Source: an uncultured Ignavibacteriales bacterium (GTDB lineage: Bacteria > Bacteroidota > Ignavibacteria > Tepidaquicellales > OLB5). From it: DNA of 64,000 nucleotides. The stretch lies in NCBI GenBank assembly GCA_964461265.1, contig CAYWTS010000001.1, positions 2,199 through 66,198 on the forward strand. Reading direction: 5' to 3'. A program made the translations under genes and the position numbers. The notes below the pieces were generated by a model that saw only the letters and a list, made by a program, of their open reading frames with translations, ran no database searches and was not told the DNA's origin. Below, piece after piece: positions 19,481 through 28,672 of this stretch (the stretch's first letter is position 1; the number at the start of each line of letters is the position of its first letter).

Positions 19481-21316
19481 ATGCTATTAAAATATACCTT
19501 TTATCTTCGATATCTGCAAATAATCATTCTTATTACAATTTCAAGCATTTCTTTTTCCCAGTCAATAAAACCTGACAGCATTGCTTATAGGTATTGGCTG
19601 TATTTTAAGGATAAAGGTGAATACAAACCTGACGTAAAGCTCATACCTGGAAGTGAAGGCTGGAATCTAGCAAAATCTGAACTTACTGAAAAAGCTCTAT
19701 GGAGACGTTCAAAAGTTTTAGCAGATGACGAGCTTGTAAGCTATCATGATATTCCGGTATTTAAGGATTATGTTTATGCAGTAAGGCAGCTTGGATTAAC
19801 ACCAAATGCGGTTTCTAAATGGATGAATGCAGTGAGTGTTTTTGCTACAAAAAGTCAGCTTGATGAGGTTAAAAAGCTTGGCATAATAACTAAGATAGAA
19901 GGCGTGAGATATCATGAAAATGCTATTATATATCCGGTAAGAAAGGAAATCGTTTATTACTCTACGCAAACGGAAGGAAATAAATATGACTATGGTATCT
20001 CATACTGGCAAAACGAACAAATAAAAGTGCCGCAACTGCATAATTATGGTATTACAGGTTTTGGAGTTAGAATCGGGATGTGTGATGATGGATTCAACTG
20101 GAGGAAACATGAAGCACTTAGAACAAGAAGAGTAATGGGTGAATATGATTGGATATTCAAGGACGATAGTGTACAAAATCAGAGACCTCCTAACCAATAC
20201 CCTGAAGATGGATGGGACCAGGATGGGCATGGTACCTCTACATTTTCGACGATAGGCGGTTTTTTCAATGGGAAAATGATTGGGCCTGCATTCGATTCTG
20301 AATTCTTTCTTAGTAAAACCGAAGATAACAGGAGCGAAACACCGGTTGAAGAAGATTACTGGGTTGAGGCTGTTGAATGGATGGAAGCAATGGGTGTTGA
20401 GGTTATTTCGTGTTCATTAATTTATAAACCTTATGATGAACCGAATAATGATTATACCTATGAGGATATGGATGGCAATACAACTGTTATCGTCAGGGCT
20501 GCCGATTTTGCTGCATATCTTGGTATTGTAGTATGTAATTCAATGGGGAATGAAATGCAAACCACTCCGCCAAGTATTGTGTCACCACCTGATGGTGACT
20601 CGGTTATTGCTTGCGGAGCTGTTGATAGTGCAGGTGTTATAACCTATTTTAGTTCAAATGGTCCAACTAGCGATGGAAAGATTAAACCCGACGTTGTAGC
20701 TTTGGGTTTAGATGTATGGGCTGCTGTAAGTTACACTTTCTCTCGAGACGATTCGTCTTATTCTTTTACCAGCGGGACTTCATTTTCTTGTCCTCTGACA
20801 GCCGGTGTATGTGCTTTAATTCTTTCGGTTCATCCTGAACTGACACCTATTCAGGTCAGGGAAGCCTTAAGAATGACTGCCGATAGACATGAGAAACCTG
20901 ATAATATTTACGGATGGGGGCTTATTAATGCCTTTAATGCAGCATTATATTACGGTATGATAATGAGTAATAAGCCTGAACTTATATTTGATAATGGAAA
21001 GTTGATACTCAGTACATATATTATTTCGAAAAACGAAGTGAATACGAAAGAAATTAGATTATTTTATTCACTTGATGGCACCGATAATTATTTTGAAACC
21101 AAGCTTGAACTTTCGGAACAAATTGATACTGCTTTAACAGGCAGGCAAACCGGTTCAGGTAAATACACAGCTGTAATAAGCAACATTAAGGAAGATAGTA
21201 ACCTGAGATTTTATATAACCGCTTCCGACTCAGTTGGGGAAATAACTTCTCCCTACAAAGCACCTGAACATTACTTTTATTTTAATTATGATTCAAAACA
21301 ATTAGAAATATTCTGA
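19481..21316 (+). CDS. Subtilisin-family (S8) serine peptidase, secreted
   Basis: Signal peptide. The catalytic triad contexts are GMCDDGF (Asp), DGHGTSTFS (His) and TSGTSFSCPLTAG (Ser). Confidence 0.85.
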   Translation: MLLKYTFYLRYLQIIILITISSISFSQSIKPDSIAYRYWLYFKDKGEYKPDVKLIPGSEGWNLAKSELTEKALWRRSKVLADDELVSYHDIPVFKDYVYAVRQLGLTPNAVSKWMNAVSVFATKSQLDEVKKLGIITKIEGVRYHENAIIYPVRKEIVYYSTQTEGNKYDYGISYWQNEQIKVPQLHNYGITGFGVRIGMCDDGFNWRKHEALRTRRVMGEYDWIFKDDSVQNQRPPNQYPEDGWDQDGHGTSTFSTIGGFFNGKMIGPAFDSEFFLSKTEDNRSETPVEEDYWVEAVEWMEAMGVEVISCSLIYKPYDEPNNDYTYEDMDGNTTVIVRAADFAAYLGIVVCNSMGNEMQTTPPSIVSPPDGDSVIACGAVDSAGVITYFSSNGPTSDGKIKPDVVALGLDVWAAVSYTFSRDDSSYSFTSGTSFSCPLTAGVCALILSVHPELTPIQVREALRMTADRHEKPDNIYGWGLINAFNAALYYGMIMSNKPELIFDNGKLILSTYIISKNEVNTKEIRLFYSLDGTDNYFETKLELSEQIDTALTGRQTGSGKYTAVISNIKEDSNLRFYITASDSVGEITSPYKAPEHYFYFNYDSKQLEIF

Positions 21317-21317
21317 A

Positions 21318-22673
21318 TTGATTGACACAGGTGACCAAATAGAAAAATCATTTTTAGTTTGCACTACTATACCCCGTTCTGCCTCTTCTAAATCAGTCAA
21401 GCAAAAAGCATACCGTGAACATCTTGATGAACTTGAATTCCTGGCTCAAACAGCAGGTGCTGAAGTTACTGAAAAGTTTTATCAGGAACGCGATAAGATT
21501 GATGCAGCTTTTTTTATCGGTAAAGGTAAAGCAGAAGAGATTGCACTAAGAGCGGAAGAGGAAAACATCGACCTTGTAATTTTTGAAAACCAGCTCTCTC
21601 CCACACAGATACGGAATTTGGAAAAGATTTTCAAATGCAAAGTAATAGATAAGCCTGCTTTGATATTGGATATATTTGCTAAAAACGCAAAGACAGCAGA
21701 AGCTAAAACACAGGTTGAACTTGCACAGTTAACATATTTGCTGTCAAGGCTGACCCGACAATGGACACATTTATCTAAACAATATGGAGGCATTGGCACA
21801 AAAGGACCGGGCGAAACACAAATAGAAACAGATCGGCGTCTTGTGAAAACCAGGATTTCTGTTTTAAAAGAAAAACTCAAGAAAATTGAGGAACAGCGTA
21901 AAACACAACGCCAGCAAAGATCTGGTTTTATCAGGATAGCATTAGTGGGATATACAAATGTTGGTAAATCAACTCTATTAAATATTCTGACAGATGCAGG
22001 GGTGTTTGTGGAAGACAAACTGTTTGCAACTCTTGATACTTCAACGAAACAGCTGAAAAAAATTAATGAAAGAAAGTTTCCGGTTCCTGTATTGATATCC
22101 GATACCGTGGGTTTTATCAGGAATCTGCCTCACGATCTGATTGAATCATTTAAAAGTACACTTGCTGAAGTTATTGAAGCAGACATACTTATTCATATTA
22201 TCGATATTTCCTCAGAAGCATTCGAAGACCAGATCAAAGTTGTTAACGATACTTTGAATGATTTAAATGTTTACGATAAGAAAATAATAATGGTTTTTAA
22301 TAAAGTAGATAAATTAATAAATTCAGAGGAACAGCATATAATACATAACCTGATACTCCAATATCCGGATTCTGTTTTTATTTCGGCTTTAAAAGGAATA
22401 AATTTAAAGAAACTGGAAGAAAAACTTATTTCCGTTATTAATGAGGAGCTTAATACCGGGGAAGTTCAGATACCTAATGATTATCCGGATGCTTATAAAC
22501 TTATTAACCGGCTTCATAAGCAGGTTGAAATTCTTGAGACAAGATATTTAAGTCGTGTAATTAAGCTGACAATTAGAACTCATAAAAATTTTATAGAAAA
22601 AATTAATAAAATGATAAAAAACGGTTATCGGAATGAACGGAGGAACAAATTAAATAGAAAGGAATTAGCCTGA
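21318..22673 (+). CDS. hflX: GTPase HflX
   Basis: TTG start. HflX N-domain motif GPGETQIETDRR, G1 GYTNVGKST, G3 DTVGF and G4 NKVD. Confidence 0.9.
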   Translation: MIDTGDQIEKSFLVCTTIPRSASSKSVKQKAYREHLDELEFLAQTAGAEVTEKFYQERDKIDAAFFIGKGKAEEIALRAEEENIDLVIFENQLSPTQIRNLEKIFKCKVIDKPALILDIFAKNAKTAEAKTQVELAQLTYLLSRLTRQWTHLSKQYGGIGTKGPGETQIETDRRLVKTRISVLKEKLKKIEEQRKTQRQQRSGFIRIALVGYTNVGKSTLLNILTDAGVFVEDKLFATLDTSTKQLKKINERKFPVPVLISDTVGFIRNLPHDLIESFKSTLAEVIEADILIHIIDISSEAFEDQIKVVNDTLNDLNVYDKKIIMVFNKVDKLINSEEQHIIHNLILQYPDSVFISALKGINLKKLEEKLISVINEELNTGEVQIPNDYPDAYKLINRLHKQVEILETRYLSRVIKLTIRTHKNFIEKINKMIKNGYRNERRNKLNRKELA

Positions 22674-22696
22674 CTTCACCAGGCAGGTGATTTAAC

Positions 22697-23878
22697 ATGA
22701 CTGCAAATTATAAAGCTGTTGATTATTATAATATAGAAGCTTTACTTACGGAAGAAGAAAAGATGGTTCGGGATACTGCAAGAGATTTTGTGATTAAAGA
22801 GGTGATGCCTGTTATTGAACAGCATAACCAAGCAATGACTTTCCCGATGCATCTAATACCTATGATGGCTGAACTTGGTTTTTTCGGTCCCACACTTCCA
22901 GAAAGATATGGCGGTATGGGTTTAAGCAATGTTGCTTATGGTTTGATGATGACCGAGCTTGAAAGGGGAGATAGCGGTTTAAGAAGTTTTGCATCGGTAC
23001 AGTCGTCACTTGTAATGTACCCAATCTACACCTTCGGAAGTGAAGAACAAAAAGATAAATGGCTTCCCTCTCTTGCAAAAGCAGATAAGATTGGCTGTTT
23101 CGGTCTAACCGAGCCTGATTACGGTTCTAATCCAGCAGGTATGATTACCAATGCAAAAAAAACTGATGGTGGTTTTATTCTAAATGGAGCTAAAATGTGG
23201 ATTACTAACTCTCCCATAGCCGATGTTGCTGTTGTTTGGGCTAAGCTTGATGGTGAAGTGCATGGCTTTCTTTTAGAAAGGGGATTTAAAGGTTTTGAAA
23301 CACCTGAAATGAAAGGCAAGCTTTCTTTAAGGGCTTCGGTTACAGGGGAAATAATTTTGCAGGATTGTTTTGTACCTGAGGAAAACTTTTTACCAAATTC
23401 AAAAGGTTTGAAATGTCCTTTGATGTGTCTGAACCAGGCACGTTACAGCATTGCGTGGGGAGTGCTGGGTGCAGCAATGGAATGTTATACTACAGCACTT
23501 AATTATTCGCTTTCGCGAGTACAGTTTGATAATCCAATTGCTGCTTACCAGATAACTCAAGAAAAACTTGCAATTATGCTTACAGAAATAACAAAAGCTC
23601 AGCTGCTGGTTTATCATCTTGGCCGAATGAAGGATAATGGAACTGCTAAACATACACACGTTTCTATGGCTAAACGGAATAACTGTGAAATTTCTTTAAA
23701 TATTTGCCGTATGGCTCGCGAAATACTTGGTGCTAACGGGATATTGGATGAATACCCCGTGATGAGGCATGCTAATAATCTTGAAAGCGTTAAAACATAT
23801 GAAGGAACTCATGAGATGCATACTCTTATTCTTGGTGAAGATATAACCGGTATACCTGCATTCAAAAGAAGTATATAA
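22697..23878 (+). CDS. gcdH: Glutaryl-CoA dehydrogenase (acyl-CoA dehydrogenase family)
   Basis: Close collinear resemblance to GCDH throughout. Examples: SVQSSLVMYPIYTFGSEEQKDKWLP, GCFGLTEPDYGSNP, WITNSPIADV, GKLSLRASVTGEIIL, RYSIAWGVLGAA, KRNNC, YEGTHEMHTLILGEDITG. Confidence 0.88.
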   Translation: MTANYKAVDYYNIEALLTEEEKMVRDTARDFVIKEVMPVIEQHNQAMTFPMHLIPMMAELGFFGPTLPERYGGMGLSNVAYGLMMTELERGDSGLRSFASVQSSLVMYPIYTFGSEEQKDKWLPSLAKADKIGCFGLTEPDYGSNPAGMITNAKKTDGGFILNGAKMWITNSPIADVAVVWAKLDGEVHGFLLERGFKGFETPEMKGKLSLRASVTGEIILQDCFVPEENFLPNSKGLKCPLMCLNQARYSIAWGVLGAAMECYTTALNYSLSRVQFDNPIAAYQITQEKLAIMLTEITKAQLLVYHLGRMKDNGTAKHTHVSMAKRNNCEISLNICRMAREILGANGILDEYPVMRHANNLESVKTYEGTHEMHTLILGEDITGIPAFKRSI

Positions 23879-23965
23879 ATTTTTTTCAAATTTAAGTAAA
23901 ATATCGGGTTTAATACTTTTTAGAAATATTATTTTCCTTATTTTTGAGTTCATTAAGGAGGAAAC

Positions 23966-24274
23966 ATGCAAACTTTTCTAAAGATACTTGGTTTCATAAC
24001 TATTATTATCGGTATAATTCTGGGAATTTATGTAATTGCGGATGCTTTACAGACTTTTAGTCTGGCAAAATCAACTTCGAATCCGTATCTGGAACAAGTT
24101 TACCTGATTAAACTAATTGCGGGAGGAGCTATTATACTTTCCTCAATTGTATCAGGGATGCTCTATCTGAGTTTTGGAATTGTAATTGAAATTCTGGATA
24201 ATTTAAATCAAAAAGTTTCGGCATACATAGATAGCCTTCCAAAGTCAGAGAAAAACGAGGAGTTCGAAATATAA
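23966..24274 (+). CDS. Small membrane protein, unknown function
   Basis: 102-aa ORF with two clear hydrophobic helices and an acidic tail (SEKNEEFEI). No recognisable family. Confidence 0.45.
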   Translation: MQTFLKILGFITIIIGIILGIYVIADALQTFSLAKSTSNPYLEQVYLIKLIAGGAIILSSIVSGMLYLSFGIVIEILDNLNQKVSAYIDSLPKSEKNEEFEI

Positions 24275-24419
24275 CAATTTCAAAATAAACATGAATTTTA
24301 GCTTAGTCTGGGTAAGAATTGCTTCGTATTTGAATTTATTATTCTAAATTACTATTTTAAACAAATATTCTGCTGATAATTTTCAATTACTCAAATTAAT
24401 TTATTAACAAGAAACAAAA

Positions 24420-26300
24420 TTGGAGAATAAAATGAGAAAAACTTATCTTTTACTAACAACTATTTTATTCCTTTCTTTTTTGTCTAACATTGTATTGTTC
24501 GCAGGGAATAAACAGGGTAAAGACAAAATGGACAGGAATATTCCATTATGTGATGCAGAGCAGGTTTTATATTATGCACCCTACAACACGAATATTATTC
24601 CTGTTCCTTTTATTTTTCCGTTAGATCCGGGTTATACTTCAGATAGTATTTCTTTGGGTCCGGAAATACTTACGGGACTGCAAGGCTGGTATGATTATAA
24701 AACGAATGGTGAAGTTAATAAATTTGTACAAGTCGATAAATCATCACCTAATTACATTCATGTTGTTGATTATCAAACTGATTCACTTGAACCAGGAGGC
24801 GCAACGCGCAGATGGACATTATATGCTAATTCTACTGATGCAGGCTCAACTTGGACCGTTTTTCCTAATACACCTCTTTTAGAAACCACAAGATCAGGTT
24901 TTTGTGTGTTAGCATTAAGTTCTGATGGCGGTTGTTTTATTGCCAATCATACAACTGATGGAAGTACGAGACTTGACGCAGTGTTATATAACGAGATTGT
25001 TCCGCATACTGCTAATTTTATACTTAACCGGCATCCTAATGAAAATTCCAGACCTTATGGGATATGGCCGCAAATATGTGTTTATGGAAATGGCAATGTT
25101 GGTTTAATTTCAAGAAGGAATGTTTCGACAAATCAGCCTGCTGAGACTTTATATTATTCGTATTGGAATGGCAACCAGTTAAGTGACAGAGTACCAATTT
25201 TCATCACAGGACCTGATTATATAGGATCGGTTGGCAGTAATATGAGATTTAATTTAGCTTCGGATGGCGGTAGTATTGCAACAGCTGTTGCAGCACCGGT
25301 ATTGTTAAATGATACACTTGGAGCTAGCAGAATTTATTTTATGACTACAACGAACTCCGGTACAAACTGGAGTGCACCGAAGGTATTATTTGCCCCGTAT
25401 ACAGAAAATAACGGAGAAGATACGATAGTTGCTTCGGGGGGTTCAGGATTTATATATAAACCTGGAACTAACCATTGGTTCTATGCTTTCCCAATTAGTG
25501 CTGATGGATATTACTCTACCGGTAAAATTGTTATGACCAGATCAACCGATGGCGGTAATACTTTATCCACTTATACAATTTGTACAGCCGCTCAGGTTGG
25601 GGCAGCTACTACTTATTATAAACCTATGGCTTTTGTCTTTAACGTTGATTTTCCTGCTCTGGGGTGGTCTAACGATAATTCAACTTTATATTGTGTTTAC
25701 TCGGTGGTTGTTCCCGATACAGGTGCTTCAGGATGGAATTCCAGAGACATTTTCATTCAATATTCACTTGATGAAGGTGCTACCTGGTCAAATCCTTTTA
25801 GGGTAACAAATACTCCGGATATAGATGAAACATATCCTTCGATTTCAAACTGGAATAAAGGCAGTGTTGGAAATCCATATGAGATTAATATCATTTACAT
25901 GAAAGATCCTGGTGTTGGTCCGGCTTCATTTAATGGTAACAGCGGAACAGCGCCCCCATCCTTAAACAAGCAAATTTACAGAAAGCTTACCGGTTTACCA
26001 CCCATTGGCATAAAAAATATTTCCGGAAATGTTCCCGGAGTATTTTCACTTGGGCAGAATTATCCCAATCCGTTTAATCCGAAAACCCAGTTCACCATAA
26101 ACATCGCAAAATCGGGATTAGTGACTGTTAAGGTTTTCGACATTATTGGACGTGAAATTGCTGTATTAGTTAACGAGGAATTACAGCCTGGTATTTATAA
26201 TGTTGATTGGAATGCAATTAATTCCCCCAGTGGTGTGTACTTCTATAAAATTGAAGCTAATGGCTTCACTGACACTAAGAAAATGATGCTCGTTAAATAA
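24420..26300 (+). CDS. Secreted BNR/sialidase-like repeat protein with a T9SS C-terminal domain (tandem paralog A)
   Basis: The likely start is ATG at 24432 (MRKTYLLL..). BNR-type motifs are STDAGSTWT, TNSGTNWS, STDGGNTLS and SLDEGATWS. The CTD is QNYPNPFNPKTQFTINIAKSGLVTVKVFDIIGREIAVLVNE..GVYFYKIEANGFTDTKKMMLVK. Confidence 0.8.
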   Translation: MENKMRKTYLLLTTILFLSFLSNIVLFAGNKQGKDKMDRNIPLCDAEQVLYYAPYNTNIIPVPFIFPLDPGYTSDSISLGPEILTGLQGWYDYKTNGEVNKFVQVDKSSPNYIHVVDYQTDSLEPGGATRRWTLYANSTDAGSTWTVFPNTPLLETTRSGFCVLALSSDGGCFIANHTTDGSTRLDAVLYNEIVPHTANFILNRHPNENSRPYGIWPQICVYGNGNVGLISRRNVSTNQPAETLYYSYWNGNQLSDRVPIFITGPDYIGSVGSNMRFNLASDGGSIATAVAAPVLLNDTLGASRIYFMTTTNSGTNWSAPKVLFAPYTENNGEDTIVASGGSGFIYKPGTNHWFYAFPISADGYYSTGKIVMTRSTDGGNTLSTYTICTAAQVGAATTYYKPMAFVFNVDFPALGWSNDNSTLYCVYSVVVPDTGASGWNSRDIFIQYSLDEGATWSNPFRVTNTPDIDETYPSISNWNKGSVGNPYEINIIYMKDPGVGPASFNGNSGTAPPSLNKQIYRKLTGLPPIGIKNISGNVPGVFSLGQNYPNPFNPKTQFTINIAKSGLVTVKVFDIIGREIAVLVNEELQPGIYNVDWNAINSPSGVYFYKIEANGFTDTKKMMLVK

Positions 26301-26324
26301 GAGAGCAATTAATTTATTATTTTA

Positions 26325-26353
26325 AAGGCTGGCAGAAACCAGCCTTCATTTTA
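26325..26353 (+). terminator. Intrinsic terminator between the tandem paralogs
   Basis: AAGGCTGG cagaaa CCAGCCTT (26325-26346) followed by CATTTTAT. Confidence 0.55.
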
Positions 26354-26362
26354 TATAAAATT

Positions 26363-28255
26363 ATGAAAATAATGAAGGTTAATACTTTTAGTTTAGTGGC
26401 AATTTATATTTTTACAAACCTCATTGTCCTAGGTTTAATTGCAGGACATAAACCGGGAATTGTCAGTTCGGATAGAAATTTTCCTATAGATAAGGAAGGA
26501 CAAATTATTAATTTGATACCTTATAACACGGATGTTCCGCCTGTTCCCTTTTTATTTCCTCTGGATCCTGGCTTTGCAACCGATAGTATTGTACTGGGTC
26601 CCGAAATACTAACAGGATTACAGGGGTGGTATGATTATAAGACAAAAGGTGAGGTGAACAAATATATACAAGTCGACAAATCCGATCCGAATTATATACA
26701 CGTTATTGATTGTCAGACAGATTCAGCGGATCCGTTCGGAACGATACGCAGATGGACAATGTACGCAAATTCGGACAATGGAGGATTAACCTGGTCGGTT
26801 TATCCTAACACACCGCTGCCGGAGGATATTAAGTCCGGGTTTAGTGTACTTGAATTAAGTTCCGATGGTGCTGGTTTTATTGCAACCCATACAACACATG
26901 GCGGAACAAGGCTTGACGCGGTTTTATATAACGAAATAGCACCTCATACTCAGAATTTTGTACGTAATCGCCATCCGAACGAAAGTTCAAGACCATATGG
27001 AGTCTATCCGCAGATTTGCGTTTTCGGGAACGGAAATGTTGGACTACTTTCAAGGAAAATTATTACAACGTCAAATCCGCCCGAAACTTTATATTACTCT
27101 TTCTGGAACGGTACTGAGTTGAGTGATAGAAGTCCTGTATTCATAACTGGATTAAACTTTAACGGCAATTCAGGCAGTAATATGCTTTTCAATATTGCTT
27201 CAAACGGTGGCAGCATCGGAACCGCCGTTGCTGCCCCTATAAATGAGAATGATACATTGGGTTCAAGTAAGGTATTTTTTATGACTACAACTAATTCAGG
27301 TATTAACTGGAGCTCACCTAGAACTTTATTTGCTCCCTACACCGAAAATAACGGAGAAGATACAATTATTATTTCAGGCGGTACAGGATTAATATATAAA
27401 CAGGGAACCAATCATTGGTTTTTTGCATATCCGGTAAGTGCCAATGGTGCTTACTCGACAGCTAAGCTGGTAATAACTAAAACTACCGATGGTGGTAATA
27501 CTTTATCAACTTCCACAATTTGTACAGCAACCCAGGTTGGAGCTGCTACTACCTATGCACAACCGATAGTATTTGTATTCAACATAGATTTCCCTGCATT
27601 AGGCTGGTCTGATGACGGATCAACTCTTTATTGCGTTTATAGCGTTGTGAAGCCTGATGTAGCTTCATCCGGTTGGAACCAGAGAGATATTTATATACAA
27701 TATTCAATTAACGAGGGCAGTACATGGTCCAATCCGATAAGAATAACCAATACTGCGGATATTGACGAATCTTATCCATCAATTTCAAATTGGAACAGGG
27801 GAAGTGTTGGTAACATTTATGAAGTTAATATTATTTATATGAAAGATCCTGGAGTAGGTCCGGGTGCTTTTAACGGTACGTATAATAATGCTACACCATC
27901 ATTAAATAAACAAATTTACAGAAAACTTATCGGATTACCCCCCATTGGAATTAAAACTATTTCAAATGAAGTTCCGTATAATTTTTCACTTGAACAAAAT
28001 TACCCTAATCCGTTTAATCCTAAAACAAAGATTAAATTCAGCCTTCCATCCGCAGGACAAAGCCATTCCCTGAACGTACAATTAGTTGTATATGATATCC
28101 TTGGCAAAGAAGTTACTACACTTGTGAATGAACAGTTACAGCCGGGTATATATAATGTTGAATGGGATGCTTCGAATATACCGAGCGGTGTATACTTCTA
28201 TCAAATTAAAACTCTTGGATTTACAGATACAAAAAAGGCAATATTAATTAAATAA
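26363..28255 (+). CDS. Secreted BNR/sialidase-like repeat protein with a T9SS C-terminal domain (tandem paralog B)
   Basis: Collinear with paralog A over the whole length, with most positions identical by eye. BNR motifs are SDNGGLTWS, TNSGINWS, TTDGGNTLS and SINEGSTWS. The CTD has a short insertion (PSAGQSHSLNVQ). Confidence 0.8.
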   Translation: MKIMKVNTFSLVAIYIFTNLIVLGLIAGHKPGIVSSDRNFPIDKEGQIINLIPYNTDVPPVPFLFPLDPGFATDSIVLGPEILTGLQGWYDYKTKGEVNKYIQVDKSDPNYIHVIDCQTDSADPFGTIRRWTMYANSDNGGLTWSVYPNTPLPEDIKSGFSVLELSSDGAGFIATHTTHGGTRLDAVLYNEIAPHTQNFVRNRHPNESSRPYGVYPQICVFGNGNVGLLSRKIITTSNPPETLYYSFWNGTELSDRSPVFITGLNFNGNSGSNMLFNIASNGGSIGTAVAAPINENDTLGSSKVFFMTTTNSGINWSSPRTLFAPYTENNGEDTIIISGGTGLIYKQGTNHWFFAYPVSANGAYSTAKLVITKTTDGGNTLSTSTICTATQVGAATTYAQPIVFVFNIDFPALGWSDDGSTLYCVYSVVKPDVASSGWNQRDIYIQYSINEGSTWSNPIRITNTADIDESYPSISNWNRGSVGNIYEVNIIYMKDPGVGPGAFNGTYNNATPSLNKQIYRKLIGLPPIGIKTISNEVPYNFSLEQNYPNPFNPKTKIKFSLPSAGQSHSLNVQLVVYDILGKEVTTLVNEQLQPGIYNVEWDASNIPSGVYFYQIKTLGFTDTKKAILIK

Positions 28256-28542
28256 TTTCTAAAATATCTAGTAAGCTGGTGTCTCAAAAGGCAATCTTTG
28301 TTAAAGATGTTGTCATCCGGCTATTACGGGACGAAAATGTAAGAAAATTGAATCACAGATCTGCCTGCAGCTCCAAGAGTCAACCACTTGAATAAGTATT
28401 GGACAAGCAGGTATGAAGTTTGCTGCTACGTAAATATTTTTGGGATAAACTCTTTTTATAGTATTACTTGTTTAATATGAATTAATTATTTTTGTTGACT
28501 AACAGAGAAAACCATTAATTTTATAGTAATTTATATTTCTTT

Positions 28543-28616
<74 letters not shown>

Positions 28617-28672
28617 CGTCGAAAAAAATAAATATCATTATAATTAAAAAAACTGCAATAATAACAGGCGGA

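Noticed and set aside
21482-22018. 178-aa antisense ORF inside hflX. Similar shadow ORFs: 28858-29361 inside the SDR gene, 16654-17016 inside E2, 3268-3582 and 3757-4035 inside the Ycf48-like gene, the antisense ORFs inside gcdH, 33393-33762 inside the UDG gene, and 55124-58340 inside the activase.
   Set aside because: All lie opposite strongly supported genes, have low-complexity or Ser/Cys/Ile-rich compositions, and match no recognisable family. They are treated as non-coding shadows.
24420-28255. Tandem paralogs as an assembly duplication artefact
   Set aside because: The two copies differ at many nucleotide and amino acid positions, and by an indel in the CTD. They are genuine diverged paralogs, not a collapsed or expanded repeat.
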